Assembly: GCF_004010195.1 (NCBI RefSeq)
Contig: NC_057749.1
Coordinates: 19,488,661 to 19,552,660, forward strand
Length of the DNA stretch: 64,000 nucleotides
Reading direction: 5' to 3'
DNA from: Chiloscyllium plagiosum
Lineage: Eukaryota
Part shown: positions 26,265-38,905 of the stretch, one piece after another
How the letters are laid out: each line of letters begins with the position of its first letter
Numbering within the stretch: position 1 is the stretch's first letter
Translations under genes and position numbers: made by a program
The notes under the pieces: generated by a model
The model's input: only the letters and a program-made list of their open reading frames with translations
The model's database searches: none
What the model was told of the DNA's origin: nothing

Positions 26265-27560
26265 TTTATTCTACACTTCTCCCAAAGGATTGTGAATCTG
26301 TGGAATTCCCTTCCCAGTGAATCAGATAAGACTCCCTTGTGAATGTTTTTAAGATGTGGAAGTGCTGGTGTTGGACTTGGGTGGTCAAAGTCAAAAATCA
26401 CATGACACCGAGTTATAGTCCAACAGGTTGATTTGAAACCGCAAGCTTTTGGAGCCCCCACTCCTTCCTCAGGCAGCTAGACAGAGAGAATGCATCAGAC
26501 AAAATTTATAGTAAAAGATCAAAGGGTCATACAACCAAAATAGCTTCAGGTTTTAGCAGAATAAAAGGTAAGAATCACAACACCAGGTTATAGTCAAACA
26601 GGTTCATGTGGAAGTACAAGCTTTCGGAGCACTGCTCCTTTGTCAGGTAGCTAGTGGTTAAAATGTGATGCTGGAAAAGCACAGCAGGAATGCAGCATCA
26701 AAGGAGAAGGATAATCGACGTTTCGGGCAAAAGTCCTTCTTCAGGAATGAGGAGGGTGTGCCAAGCAGGCTAAGATAAAAGGTAGGGAGGAGGGACTTGG
26801 GGGAGGGGCGTTGGGAATGCGATAGGTGGAAGGAAGTTAAGGTAACCTCCTTCCACCTATCGCATTCCCAACGCACCTCCCCCAAGTCCCTCCTCCCTAC
26901 CTTTTATCTTAGCCTGCTTGGCACACCCTCCTCATTCCTGAAGAAGGGCTTATGCCCGAAACGTCGATTCTCCTTCTCCTTTGATGCTGCCTGACGTGCA
27001 ACACATTTTTAAGCTCTGATCTCCAGCATCTGCAGTCCTCACTTTCTCCTAGGTAGCTAGTGGGGCAGGATCAAAGGATTTATAGCGGGGGGGGGGGGGG
27101 GGGGGCAGCGGTGCATGTGCATGTACACATTTGTACATTTGAATTTGCAAATACATTCTGTTTTAATCAATCAAAACTTGCACCTCCATTCAAACTGATT
27201 AAAGATTTAATAGCCATTTAGGTTTGTTCAATACATTTGCCTAAGTTGTATAACCCTTTGATCTTTCACTGTAAATTCTTTGTCAGATGTATTCTCTCTC
27301 ACGAACTGCCTGAAGGAGAAGCAGGGACTCCGAAAGCTTGTGGTTTTGAATCAATCTGCTGGACTCTATCCTGGTGTTAAGGAATTTTATTTTTAAGGCA
27401 AAGATAGATAGATCTTTGAACCGTAAATAATTAAGGGTTATGGCAAGCTGGCAGTTAAGTGGATCGGAGTCCATGAAAATATCAGCCATGATCTTATTGA
27501 ATATCGGAACAGGCTCGAGGGGCCAGATGGCCTACTCCTGCTCCTATTTGTTAAGTTCTT
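26265..27560 (+). mobile_element. Old CR1 3' fragment split by a Penelope family C composite (26354-27389) that contains a family A inverted dimer (26658-27050)
   Basis: CR1 sequence resumes across TTTTTAAG duplicated at 26346-26353 and 27390-27397; inner AGGTAGCTAGTGG duplicated at 26645-26657 and 27051-27063. Confidence 0.8.
26934..26969 (+). ncRNA. Putative minimal hammerhead ribozyme (PLE family A); partner copy on minus strand at ~26714-26748
   Basis: ATTC-CTGAAGA-A-GGGC-TTAT-GCCC-GAAA-CGTC-GATT. Confidence 0.6.
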
Positions 27561-28289
27561 ACACACACTTCGAACCTAACTTGTCACCACTTGTTCACAT
27601 CCACATGCAACCCCGCAGTCTCTTGGGAAGCAAAAACCTGTCAGCAAAAAAAATTCAGGAGCGATGAAGGAGCAGTACAAATTAAATCTGGAATGAAGTC
27701 CTCCGCAACTTCCACAGATGATCGAAGTGAAAAAGCAGGGTCCATTATACATGCTGCATCTTCCCACATGCAGTTATTGGTCACCAGGGCAATGGACGTG
27801 GCTGCACAGGAATAATTCTTTAGCACCCCAGAACAGGAATAGCAGCTAAATGTGGAGAGACACATCCTTTACTCTACCCAATCAAGTAATCTCCAGTGCA
27901 ACAAAACTGTACTGCACTATATTTTACCAAATAAATGTTATTTTCAAGGTGAGGTTTGAACTGAACGTCTAGACTGCTTAAACCAATGCAGCCAACTTCA
28001 AGGCTCAGTACAACCACAGGTCTGTGACAGCAGTGTGACTCAAGGAAGCAATCCCTTTGTGCCATTGCAGCATTTTAAAATCCTGTAACTTCCCAAGAGT
28101 CTGGCCTGCTCTGGACCTAATAGAAATAGGATTTGGACTAACCACCAGAGAGGAGAAACTTTACTTGTCAAACATCAGCATTGATTTGGACCAAATTTCT
28201 AGTGTCTAATGCAGGTCATCATCCTGTCCCAGGAACATTTCTCACAGAGAGGAACAGATTCAGTCAATGTCAGAGCAACACAGAGCAAA

Positions 28290-28510
28290 CACAGAAGGAA
28301 GACTGCACAGCCTAAGGTGCTATATTCCAGATGAGACAATGAATCAAAGCTGTATCTGCCCCTCAGACATTTTCAAAGATCTCATTCAACTAACATCACT
28401 AAGAAACATTTTGGACATTATCACATTGCTGCTTGTGAGAGTTTTATGTGCACAAATTGGCTGAAGCAGTTGCCCACAATAACTCAAAGTATTTCACTAC
28501 CTATGAGACT
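28290..28510 (+). mobile_element. Deu-domain SINE fragment
   Basis: GATGAGACAATGAATC...CATTATCACATTGCTGCTTGTGAGAG...GCACAAATTGGCTG; homologous to 42470-42845. Confidence 0.6.
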
Positions 28511-28558
28511 GGAGTCCAAAGACAAAAAGTCAAAAAATTTTTGTCTTGAATGCATCAG

Positions 28559-29503
28559 CGTCATAGATTCATACAGATATATAGCAGGGAAACTGAGCCT
28601 TCAGTCCAACTCATCCATGCTGACCAGATATCCCAACCTAATCTAGTCCCACCTGCCAGCATCCGGCCATATCCCTCAAAATCCTTCCTCTTCATATACC
28701 CATCCAGATGCCTTTTAAATGTTATAATTGTACCAGCCTCCACCACTTCCTCAGCAGCTCATTCCATACACATACCACCCTGAGTGAAAAAATTGCCCCT
28801 TAGATCTCTTTTATATCTTTCTCCTCTCAAACTAAACCTATGCCCTCTAGTTCTGGACTCCCCCACCCCAGGGAAAAGACTTTGCCTATTTACCCTATCC
28901 ATGCCCCTCATAATTTTAGAAACCTCTAAGGTCACACCTCAGCCTCCGAAGCTCCAGGGAAAACAACCCTAGCCTCTCCCGATAGCACAAATCCTCCAAC
29001 CCTGGCAACGTCCTTGTAAATCTTATCTGAATTCTTTCAAGTTTCACAACATCCTTGCGATAGGAAGGAGACCAGAATTGCACGCAATATTCCAACAGTG
29101 GCCGAACCAATATCCTGTACAGTCGCAACATGACCTCCCACCTCCTGTACTCAATACTCTGACCAATAAAGGAAAGCATACCAAACACCGCCTTCACTAT
29201 CCTATCTACCTGTGACTCCACTTTCAAGGAGCTATGAACCTGCGCTCCAAGGTCTCTTTGTTCAGCAACACTCTCCAGGACCTTGCCATTAAGTGTATAA
29301 ATCCTGCTAAGATTTGCTTTCCCAAAATGCAGCACCTCGCGTTTATCTAACTTAAACTCCACCTGCCACTTCTCAACCCATTGGTCCACCTGATCAAAAT
29401 CCCGTTGTAATCTGAGGTAACCTTTTTCGCTGTCCACTACACCTCCAATTTTGGTGTCATCTGCAACCTTACGTTAAACTATACCTCCTATGTTCACATC
29501 CAA
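28559..29503 (-). mobile_element. CR1-clade LINE (HER1-like) 3' fragment
   Basis: ORF 28916..29437 (KWQVEFKLDK; LVRPLLEYCVQFWSPSYRKD). Confidence 0.93.
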
Positions 29504-29819
29504 AACAGAAGTGAGAAAGATTTGTATTAAAAGAGAAGTCAATTTGTATAGCATGAGAAGTGGCTGCAATAGGGTTAAGATTAGCTGTTGATTGGTGGGG
29601 GCATCATTGGCATAAATCTGCAGAGAGACCAGTTAATTGTCAATCTTAGTTCTCAAAGTGTTTAAGTGGACCCCCTGGGCTATGCTGCACATCACGTCTT
29701 TTTGTGCAAATATTTGACATGGCAATTGATTACTCATATTTTCAAATCCAAGACATCTGAATGGAAATAATCTTCATTTTGTAACAATTTCATTTCCAAT
29801 CTAATATGGGATGGGTCTT

Positions 29820-30510
29820 TGATTCGCTATAAATTCGACAAATCTTTGCAATTAGCGATGAGCTGCAGCTGCAGGGGGTGCACTCCACGCGGGGTCTCAG
29901 TGCCATAGCTCGGTGCTTACACCAGAAAAGATAAAGAGCAGATCGCGATTTCCACACTCTAAACACTTGTACGCGCCACTGCTGATTCCTCATTGCCTCC
30001 CTCCCACTCACTGCTGTGCTGCCTCGCTGTTCACAATCCCCGAGAGAGCAACGGAACAGGGTGGGGAATGGGAGAGGGGCAGTGAAGTGTCAGGAGCAGA
30101 GTGACCAAGGATGTAGCAAGCAAGGTAGCGAACGGACACAGTGTAGAATGGGGAGCGGGAAAGCTGTGAGCAGAGCGAGCGACAAGAGGTCCTTGTGTGT
30201 CAATGTACCGCGGATCTGCAGTAGGGTCGAGACAGCACCAGCTTCCAGCGACATCGGTGGTTCACACTTTCTCTGCTCATGAAAGGAGGTATTATTAAAA
30301 GAGCTGTCGCGATACCCAAACATGCGATCTCCCCTCCACACCAAGTTCATTGTAAAGATGCTGAATTGTTTAATCGCGGAGACGTTTGCGATGTTAAGGG
30401 GAGCAGACTCCCAAAAGCCCTAAGTCGGCATCAAACATCAGGCGCAAATGCTGAGTAAAGCTCCCCTTATACTTCGCCAATCCCCTTCTTGCGGCCTCTC
30501 GGAATGCTAT
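29820..30510. promoter_or_regulatory. Intronic CpG-rich island, candidate alternative promoter or enhancer
   Basis: Dense CG dinucleotides (TCGCGA twice, ACGCGG, ACGCGC, CCGCGG) in CpG-depleted surroundings; no repeat recognised. Confidence 0.55.
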
Positions 30511-31121
30511 GTCAGTGCCAAGTTCTTTGTGTAGTTGGTTTGAACAATGTGTATTAATACCAATCAATGAGTTTGGCCTGGGGTGGGACCCAAGAGGATT
30601 CTCAGAAAGCAAAGTCAACTTACTCAAAGATTCTGTGTAAACAACCCAGTGTAGGAGACAATCTTCAGACTCCCTAGATAGACTTTACTAACTACAGCAA
30701 ACCAAACTTATGACAAAAATTACAAGAATGCATAAAACCACAACAATATTTGCAGCAAAATGCTGTTAGTGGAGGATAATTATAGAACAAATTTTACTTT
30801 TTCCAGCAAAATTGAGTGAGGAATGGTTAAATACAAAAAATTGTAACTTGAAACCAATCCTGATATATTTCAGTGGTGATCAACTCCCAAAACTTCTCCA
30901 TTGTGGTTAAGATTAGCAGCTTCATTATCCACAGATAGTCATGCTAACTGAAGACAGATCAAACCGCTTTACCAATGGACCTTTCTGCTAGAGATGACTC
31001 CCACCTCATCAGTCTGAACTGTATGTGAAACTGGTGTGATAAACAGAGAAGACAAGAGCTCTGAGCAAGCACAATTAAATTAACTTGGTTAGAAATAAGC
31101 AAAAATGAAAGAATGATTTAT

Positions 31122-31513
31122 TTTCCCTGGAGCATTGGAAGCGGAGGGGGCCTCCTTATAGAAGTTTAAAAATCATGAGAGGCATGGATAGGGTGACTAG
31201 CCAAGGTCTTTTCCCCAGGGTAGGGGAGCCCAAAACTAGAGAGCATAAGTTTAAGTTGAGAGGGGATAGATTCAAACAGGACCCAAGAGGCAATGTTTTC
31301 ACGCAGTGAGTGCTGTGTGTACAGAATGAGCTGCCAGTGTAAGTGGAGGAGGCTGGCACAATTACAACATTTAAAAGGTGTCCAAGTAGGAAGGGTTTAG
31401 AGGGGCATGGGCAAAATGCTGGTCAATAGGCTTGATTAATTTGGGATACCTAGTTGGCATGTATGAGTTGGACCAAAGCGTCTGTTTTCACCCTGTACGA
31501 ATCTATGATTCTA
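31122..31513 (+). mobile_element. CR1 3' fragment
   Basis: Homologous to 7300-7676. Confidence 0.88.
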
Positions 31514-31884
31514 AGCAAGTGAAACTCAGGAAATCTGACACCCATCATCTGCCACAGATACTCTTTCAATTTCAATAGGTAACCTCAGAGTATCATTCTG
31601 ATTCACATCTTTCAAAAATAATTACATTTGAGGGGTTTTGATAAATAAGAAGAAATTATTGCCAGTCAAGAGAACTGGCAACCACAAAAAACACAATCCT
31701 GGCAGTCTAAATGCAAAGTCTGAAAAGTTGGTAAAAGGAGGGTCAAGTATGACTTCAAAAGGAAACTGGATATATATACTTGAAACGAAACTTGGCAGAC
31801 AAGAGGGTATGGGGCTAATCGGGTGACTTATACAGGAATGATCAACCAACGGCCTCCGTATTCACCGAAAGATTTTATGAACTG

Positions 31885-33130
31885 AGAACATAAAAACTAG
31901 CAGCAATACGTCTCACACTTGTCACATTACACTTTGTCTGCCCTTTGAACTTGCTCTGTCCATCAATAGGATTATAGCTCATCTCAGTCTCAATCTCAAC
32001 TCCACTTTCCTGTCCACTCTCCATAACTCTTTAGCCCATTACTAATTAAAAATCTGTCTATCTCCTCCCTAAATTTACTTAATGTCCCAGCATCCACCAT
32101 ACTCTGTGGTAGTGAATTCCATGGGTTCATTACTCTGAGAGAAATAATTCCTCCTTAACTATTTTTAATCTGCTTTCCCTTATCCTTAAAATAATAACTT
32201 CTTGTTCTAGATTGTCCACAAGAGGAAAACTTCTATCAAAGTCTGCTTCATCAATCTCCTTTTGATTTCCTCTTATTCTTCTGAATTCTAATAATGGCCT
32301 AAATTGCTCAATTTCTCCTAAGGTAAACCTCAACTCTAGAATCTAGTGAATTCCTCTGAACTGCCTCCAATACAACTACATACCTCCAAAGGGGAATGAA
32401 ACTGTATATAATACCCCAGGTGTGGTCTCAATACTACCTTGTACAATTGCAGTAACACTTCTCTATTCCTTTAGCAATAAATGCCAAAATTCTATTTTCC
32501 TTCCTTATTACCTACTACACCTGCATATTAGTTTTCTGCAACTCAAGCACAAGGACACCCAGATCTTTCTGCACCTATACCTTCTAAAATTTCTCTCCGT
32601 TTAAATAAGCTGCTTTACCGTTTGTCTGACCAATATGGATAGTCTCACACTTGTCACATTACACTTTGTCTGCCAAATTTTTGTCCACTCAACTAACCTA
32701 CCCATATCCATTTGTAAATTTCTTATTTCTTTATTGCAATTGACTTTCCTATCTATTGGAGTGTCACCTGTAAATTTAGCTATAATATCTTCTATCCTTG
32801 CAGTCAGGGCCCAAGGACCAAACCCTGTGATGCCTCACTAGTTACAGCTTGCAAAATAGAAAATAAACCATTTATCCCAACTCTCTGATTTCTGTTGGTT
32901 AGCCAATTCTCTCGCCAAGATAATAAATTACCCTTAACCCCACATGGTCTTGCCTTAAGGGTGTTACATTATCATTTTTCCAAACTACAGGAACTTTACC
33001 ACATCTAGGGAATTTTGGAATATTATAATCAATGTATCCACTCTCTCTGCTGCCACTTAATTTAAGACATCTTGGATGCAGGGCAACAGGCCTCGGGGAC
33101 TTGCCCACCTTCATCCCAATAGTTTAATCA
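31885..33130 (-). mobile_element. Old CR1 remnant
   Basis: KVGKSPRPVALHPRCLK, LEFRRIRG and old-type CR1 tail. Confidence 0.75.
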
Positions 33131-33519
33131 GTACTTTTTCCCTAATGATGATGATTGTTCTAAGTTCCTCTGTTTCTGCATTATCAGTTACTATTATGAT
33201 GGTACTACTGTGGTCCACCATGAAAACCGGGGAAAAATATTGATTTCATGCACTCATCATTTCAGTGTTCCCCATTCTCATCTTAACGTTGGCAGCAACA
33301 AGTAAAAGTCACAGTCATACAGAAGGTTACAGCCCAAATAAACAGGAGAAGGCCACACAACCCCTTATAAGATTGTGACTAATCTTCAACCTCAACCTCC
33401 CTGTTCATTCCCCAAATCATTTGATTTAAAATTCCGATAATTTTACCCGTGAATGTATTGATTAACTGAGCAGCCACAGCCATGATGATTTACAGCCAGG
33501 ATATTAAAAAAAAAAAATC

Positions 33520-34705
33520 GAGAAAATAGGTGCCTTTTGAGTCTGCCCCACCATTCAATATGATTGTGGTTGATCATGTATTTTCAGTAACCCACTCCCA
33601 CTTTCTCTCCATAGCCATTGATCTCTTTAGTTGCAAGGGCCACATCTGGCTTCCTCTTGAATATATCTAACAAACTGGCCCCAACAGCTTCCTGTGGGAG
33701 AGAATTCTACAGGCTCACAACTCCAAGTGAAGAAATTCTTCACTCTGCCCTGAATGGCTTACCTGTTAGTGTTAGACTGGGATTCATGGTTCTGGATTTT
33801 CCCAACATCAGGAACATTCTTCTTGCATCCAGCCTGTCCAGTCCCATCGGGATTTTATATGTTTAAATGAGATCCCCTCCCATTAGTTTTCTAAATTCCA
33901 GCAAGTACAAGCCCAGTCGATCCAGTCTTTCTTCATTTGTCAGTCCCACCATCCCCAGAATCAGTCTGGTGAACCTATGCTGGACTCCCTCAACAACAGG
34001 AATGTCCTTCCTCAGACTAGGAGACCAAAACTGCATACAACACTCAAGGTGCGGCCTCACCAAGGCCGTGCATAACTACGGCAAAAGATCTCTACTCTTA
34101 TGATCAATTCCTCTCTCTACGAAGGCCCGCATACCATTAGCTTTCCTCACTGCCTGCTGCACCTGCATGCCAACCTTCAGTGACTGTTCCACCACGACAC
34201 CCAGGTGTCAGTGCACCTCACCTTTTCCTAAACTGTTGCTATTCAAATAATAACCTGCCTTCCTGTTTGCCACCAAAGTGGATAACATCACATTGATCCA
34301 CACAATACTGCATTTGCCAAGTATATGCCCACTCAGCCAGCCTGTCTAAGTCACCCTGCAGCCTCTTAGCATCCTCCTCACAGCACATATGGTCACCAGC
34401 TTATTGTTATCCACAAATTGGGAGATATTGCATTTAATGTCTTTGTTCAAATCATTAATGTATATTGTGAACAGTTGGGTCCTCCACTTGTCACTGTCTG
34501 CTGCTCTGAAAAGGACCCATTTGCTCCAACTCTCAGCTTCCTATCTGCCAACTAGTTCTCTATCCACATTAATACATTACCTCTGATACCATGAATTTTA
34601 ATTTGCCTTACTAACTTCTTGTGTGGGACCTTGTGTCAAAAGCCTTTTGAAAGTCCAAATACACAACATCCACTGCTGTATGCTTATCCTCTCTACTGGT
34701 CACAT
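33520..34705 (-). mobile_element. CR1 LINE fragment (distinct subfamily)
   Basis: AVDVVYLDFQKAFD; VRPHLECCMQFWSPSLRKDI; ERLDRLGLYLLEFRK. Confidence 0.9.
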
Positions 34706-34749
34706 CAAAAACATTCCATGAACTGGAATCAGAAATAATGGTGACACTT

Positions 34750-36455
34750 CCAAGAACAGTCATCTTCCAAGAATCCTTAGATTCAGGAATGTTCCAGAGG
34801 ATTGGGAAACTGGCAATATAAGACATCTTTATTCAAAAAGGGAGATTAAAAAAAAGGTAGCTATTTGCCAGTCAGTTTAATATCCGTCACTGGAAAAACG
34901 TTAGAGACTATTTTAAAGAGTGTAGCTACATGGCGTTTAAATAATCAAGCAGAGTCAGCATGACTTCATGAATGGGAAATCATGTCTGACAAACTTATGG
35001 CAATCTTTTTTTTGAGGTAGCAAGCAGGAGAACCAGTGGACGTAATATATTTGGATTTCCAAAAGGCACTTGACAAGATATCAAAATAAGGCCAATTAAT
35101 AAGACATGAGCCCATAATATCAGTGGTAATATATTACCATGAGGAGAGAATTGGCTAACTTTTAGATAGTTGGGATAAAAAGGGGATTCTCAGGATGGCA
35201 ACACACAACTAATGAAGTACCAGCAGGATCAATGCTGGGCCACAATTATTTACAATTCATAATGACTTGGATTAGGAAAGTGAACATAATCATTACCAAG
35301 TTGACAGATAGTGAAAATAGATGGGAAGTCAATTGGCAAGGACAACACAAAGAATCTTGAGGGATATAAACAGATTAAGTGAGTTGGTAAAAACTTTGCA
35401 GATGGAAATCTCATGTGGCAAAATGTGAAGTGTTGCAGTTTGGTTGGAAGAACAAAAGAGCTGACTATTATTTAAATGGAGAAATAGTGCAGAAAACTGC
35501 AACAGAACAATCTGGGGTCTGCATAAGAAATTCACAAAAAACGTAGTGTGTAAGTTCAGCAGTTAATAGCAAAGGCAAATGGAATGTTGGCCTCTATTTC
35601 AAGGAAATGGGAGTATAAAAATACAGTAGTCTTGCTAAAACTATACAAAGCACGAGTCAGATCACACCTGGAATACTATGAATAGTTTAGGTCCTTTTAT
35701 CTGGAGGAAGATATACTTGCAGAGGTGATGGTGCAGAGTAGTTGCACTAGGTTGATCCTGGGTGTGAAGGGGCTGTCCTTTAAGGAGAGGTTTAGTAAAT
35801 TAGGAACACACAATTCTAGAGAAATTCAACAGGTTTGTATTCTGTGGAGAGAGAAAAACGTTAACATTTCAAGTTCAGTTCTGAAGAAGCGTCATTACAG
35901 TCAGGAAACACTGCTTCTGGCTTTCTCTCCGTAGGTGCTACCAGATCTGTTGAGCTTCTCCAGAATTCTCTGTTTGCAGTTTTGATTTCCCTACCAGAGG
36001 ATGGATGTTGTGGAGGGCGTGCAACAAAGGTTTACCATTATGGGATGGCAGGACTGATGGATGAAGGAAGACTGAATCCACTAGGTAGGGGTCTGTGTCT
36101 GTGCGTGATAGAAATCTATAAACTTCTAACAGGAATACACAATGAAACATCTTCAACTGGGAAGTCCAGTACCAGGGCTCACTGTTTAAGGATACAGGGT
36201 AAGCCATTTATGACTGACATAAAGAGAAATATCCTCACCCAGGCTGTGGAATTCTGTGCCACTGAAAGCAGTTGAGTCCAAAACATTGAATATTTTCAAG
36301 GAACTAAACATAGATTGTACGGCTAAACTACTCAAAGGGTATGAGGAGAAAGCAGAAACAGGGTACAGAGTTGGATAATCAAACAGGATCCTAGTGAATG
36401 GCAAGGCAGACTCAAAGGGCCAAATGGCGTACCTCTACTCCTAGGTTTTATGCTC
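34750..36455 (+). mobile_element. Old CR1 remnants (two pieces) with a Penelope family B palindrome at ~35805-35985
   Basis: VDVIYLDFQKALD remnant near 35035; RLILGVKGLSFKERFSKLG; CR1 3' UTR at 36380-36455. Confidence 0.75.
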
Positions 36456-36469
36456 CTACACTTTATGAT

Positions 36470-36752
36470 CGTAGAATCTCTACAGCAAGAAAGCAGGCTT
36501 TTCAGCCTGAATCCATACTGACCATCCAAAGAGAATCCTATCCAGACCTCCACCCTATCCCTATAACTTTTCATTTCCTATGGCCAATCCAGCTGACCTG
36601 CACATCTTTGGACTGTAGGAGGAAACTGAAGCACCAGAGGAAACCCACAAACATGGGGAGAATGTGTAAACTCCGTACAGTCACCTGAGGTGGAACCGTA
36701 CCCGGGTTTTCGGTGCTGTGAGGCAGCACCACTAACCACTGAGCCACCATGC
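36470..36752 (-). mobile_element. Divergent V-SINE (HE1-related)
   Basis: Head GCATGGTGGCTCAGTGGTTAG and V-domain GGAGTTTACACATTCTCCCCATGTTTGTGGGTTTCC. Confidence 0.8.
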
Positions 36753-37169
36753 TAGGAGAAACACAATACTGAATGGACACAAATAAATGATATTAGAGAC
36801 CAACTGTAATCTTCATGTGATGAGCAGTCAGAGGTGGAAAATAATTGAACAAAGCTATACAGATATAAATCAGTACCTAATTTAAATTCATACCATAAGT
36901 CAATATTCTTGTGTAATAGTTTGCTTTTATTGAGAGAAATAGTTAAACTAATGGCAAATGAGGCAGAAATTTAGCTGCTTGAAGCTTAGGTTTAAGAGCT
37001 TGAGGATTTTTGAGACATGCCCATGGCAATGAAAATAGTACTGATGTTTAACAAATTTACATGGGTGCATTCTATTTTAAGTGCAAATAGGTTAAAGCAA
37101 AAAAGTGACATCAAGAAATAATGTTCACAGATCAGATATCCTTGCATATTACATACAGCTAAATATTTT

Positions 37170-37268
37170 AGCTGAAAATGTGTTGCTGGAAAAGCGCAGC
37201 AGGTCAGGCAGCATCCAGGGAACAGGAGAATCGACGTTTCGGGCATAAGCCCTTCCTGAAGAAGCCCT
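37170..37268 (-). mobile_element. Penelope-derived family A stub abutting a CR1 5' truncation
   Basis: GCTGAAAATGTGTTGCTGGAAAAGCGCAGC...CCCTTC followed by a short inverted CTGAAGAAG. Confidence 0.8.
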
Positions 37269-37272
37269 CCCC

Positions 37273-38430
37273 AATTTCAGCAAGGCATTTGATAGGGTTC
37301 CCCATGGTAGGCTCATTCATAAAGTCAGAAAGTATGGGATACAGGGAGATTTGGCTATCTGAATCCAGAATTGGCTGGCTGACAGAAGGCAGAGAGTGGC
37401 TGCAGATGGAAAGTATTCTGCCTGGAGGTCAGTGTTGAGTGGGATCCCGCAGGGCTCTGTACTTGGGCCCCTGCTCCTTGTAGTTTTTATAAATGACTTG
37501 GATGAGGAGGTTGAGGGGTGGGTTAGTAAATTTGCAGATGACACAAAGGTTGGAGGTGTCGTCGATAGTATAGAGGGCTACTGCAGCACGACATAGACAG
37601 AATGCAGAGCTGAGCTGAGAAATGGCAGATGGAGTTCAACCTGGATGAATGCGAAGTGATGCATTTTGGAAGTTGAACTTGAATGCTGAATATTGGATTA
37701 AAGACAGGATTCTTGGCAATGTGGAGGAACAGAAGGATCTGGGTGTGCAAAAACATAGATCCCTCAAAGTTGCCATCCAAGTGGATAGGGTTGTTAAGAA
37801 AGCATACGGCGTTTTGGCTTTCATCAACAGGGGGATAGAGTTTAAGAGCTGTGAGGTTTTGCTGCAGCTCTACTAGTCCCTGGTGAGGCCACACTTGGAA
37901 TACTGTGTCCAGTTCTGGTCGCCGTGCTATAGGAAAGATACAGAGGCTTTGGAGAGTGTGCAAAGAAGGTTTACCAGGATGCTGCCTGGACTAAAGGACT
38001 TGTCTTACAAAGAGAGGTTGAATAGGCTCGGACTTTTCTCTCTGGAGAGGAGGAGGAAGAGAGGAGACCTGATAGAGGTGTACAAAATAATGAGATGAAT
38101 AGATAGAGTCACTAGCCAGAGACTTTTCCCCAGGGCAGGATTGACTGGTACGAGAAGTCATAGTTTGAAGATATTAGGAGGAAGGTATAAAGGTCAGAGG
38201 TAGGGTTTTTACACAGAGTTGTGAATGCATGGAATGCGTTGCCAGTGGTGGTGGTGGAAGCAGAGTCATTGCGGACATTAAAACGACTGCTGGACATGCA
38301 TATGGATAGCAGTGAGTTGAGGGGTGCGTAGGTTGTTACTATATTTTACATTAGGATTAAATCTCAGCACAACATCGTGGGCCAAAGGGCCTGTTCTGTG
38401 CTGTACTTTTCTATGTTCTCTATGTTCTAT
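37273..38430 (+). mobile_element. CR1 LINE RT and 3' fragment
   Basis: SGIPQGSVLGPLLLVVFINDLD, SKFADDTK, RPHLEYCVQFWSP, GDLIEVYKIM; tail CTATGTTCT repeats. Confidence 0.93.
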
Positions 38431-38693
38431 CACAGTTCAACCAGTTCATCACAGAACTACAAATAACCTCATGATGTGACACAATAAAACTATCAGAAAA
38501 TGCAGTCCACTTCCAATAATTGAAAGACGTACAAGAATTCTAATTAAACAAATGCATTGTTATGCACTTTTTTTTTGAAGTAATACTGTATTTATAAATA
38601 GCTGCAGAAACAGTGGGCACAAGAAAAGAACTACAGGTCAGGATGATTCATTCATTTAGAGCAAAACAGGTAAGACAGCTCAAAGACATTGAA

Positions 38694-38905
38694 ATAAAGA
38701 ACTGCAGATGCTGGAAATCTGAAGCAAAAGCAGAAATTGTTTTGAGAAACTCAGCAGGTCTGGCAGCACCTGTGGAGAGAAAGTGGAGTTAATGTTTCAG
38801 ATCCAGAACTGAAGAAGGTTCATGAGACCAGAAATGTTGACTTGGCTTTTTCTCCACAGATGCTGCCACACCTGCTGAGTTTCTCCAGGAATTTCTCATT
38901 TAGGT
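38694..38905. mobile_element. Penelope-derived family B palindrome
   Basis: Arms AACTGCAGATGCTGG...GCAGCACCTGTGGAGAG and CTCCACAGATGCTGCC, centre CTGAAGAAGG; TCAAAGACA(T/A)TGAA at 38680-38693 and 38906-38919. Confidence 0.75.

Noticed and set aside
27087..27105. Poly-G runs (also 48306-48326) as functional G-quadruplexes
   Set aside because: Homopolymers inside repeats; length is unreliable and there is no evidence of function
30090..30627. Minus-strand ORFs (86 and 77 aa) as a viral or novel gene
   Set aside because: No recognisable motifs, non-ATG starts in the track and no clear exon structure; kept only as a CpG island
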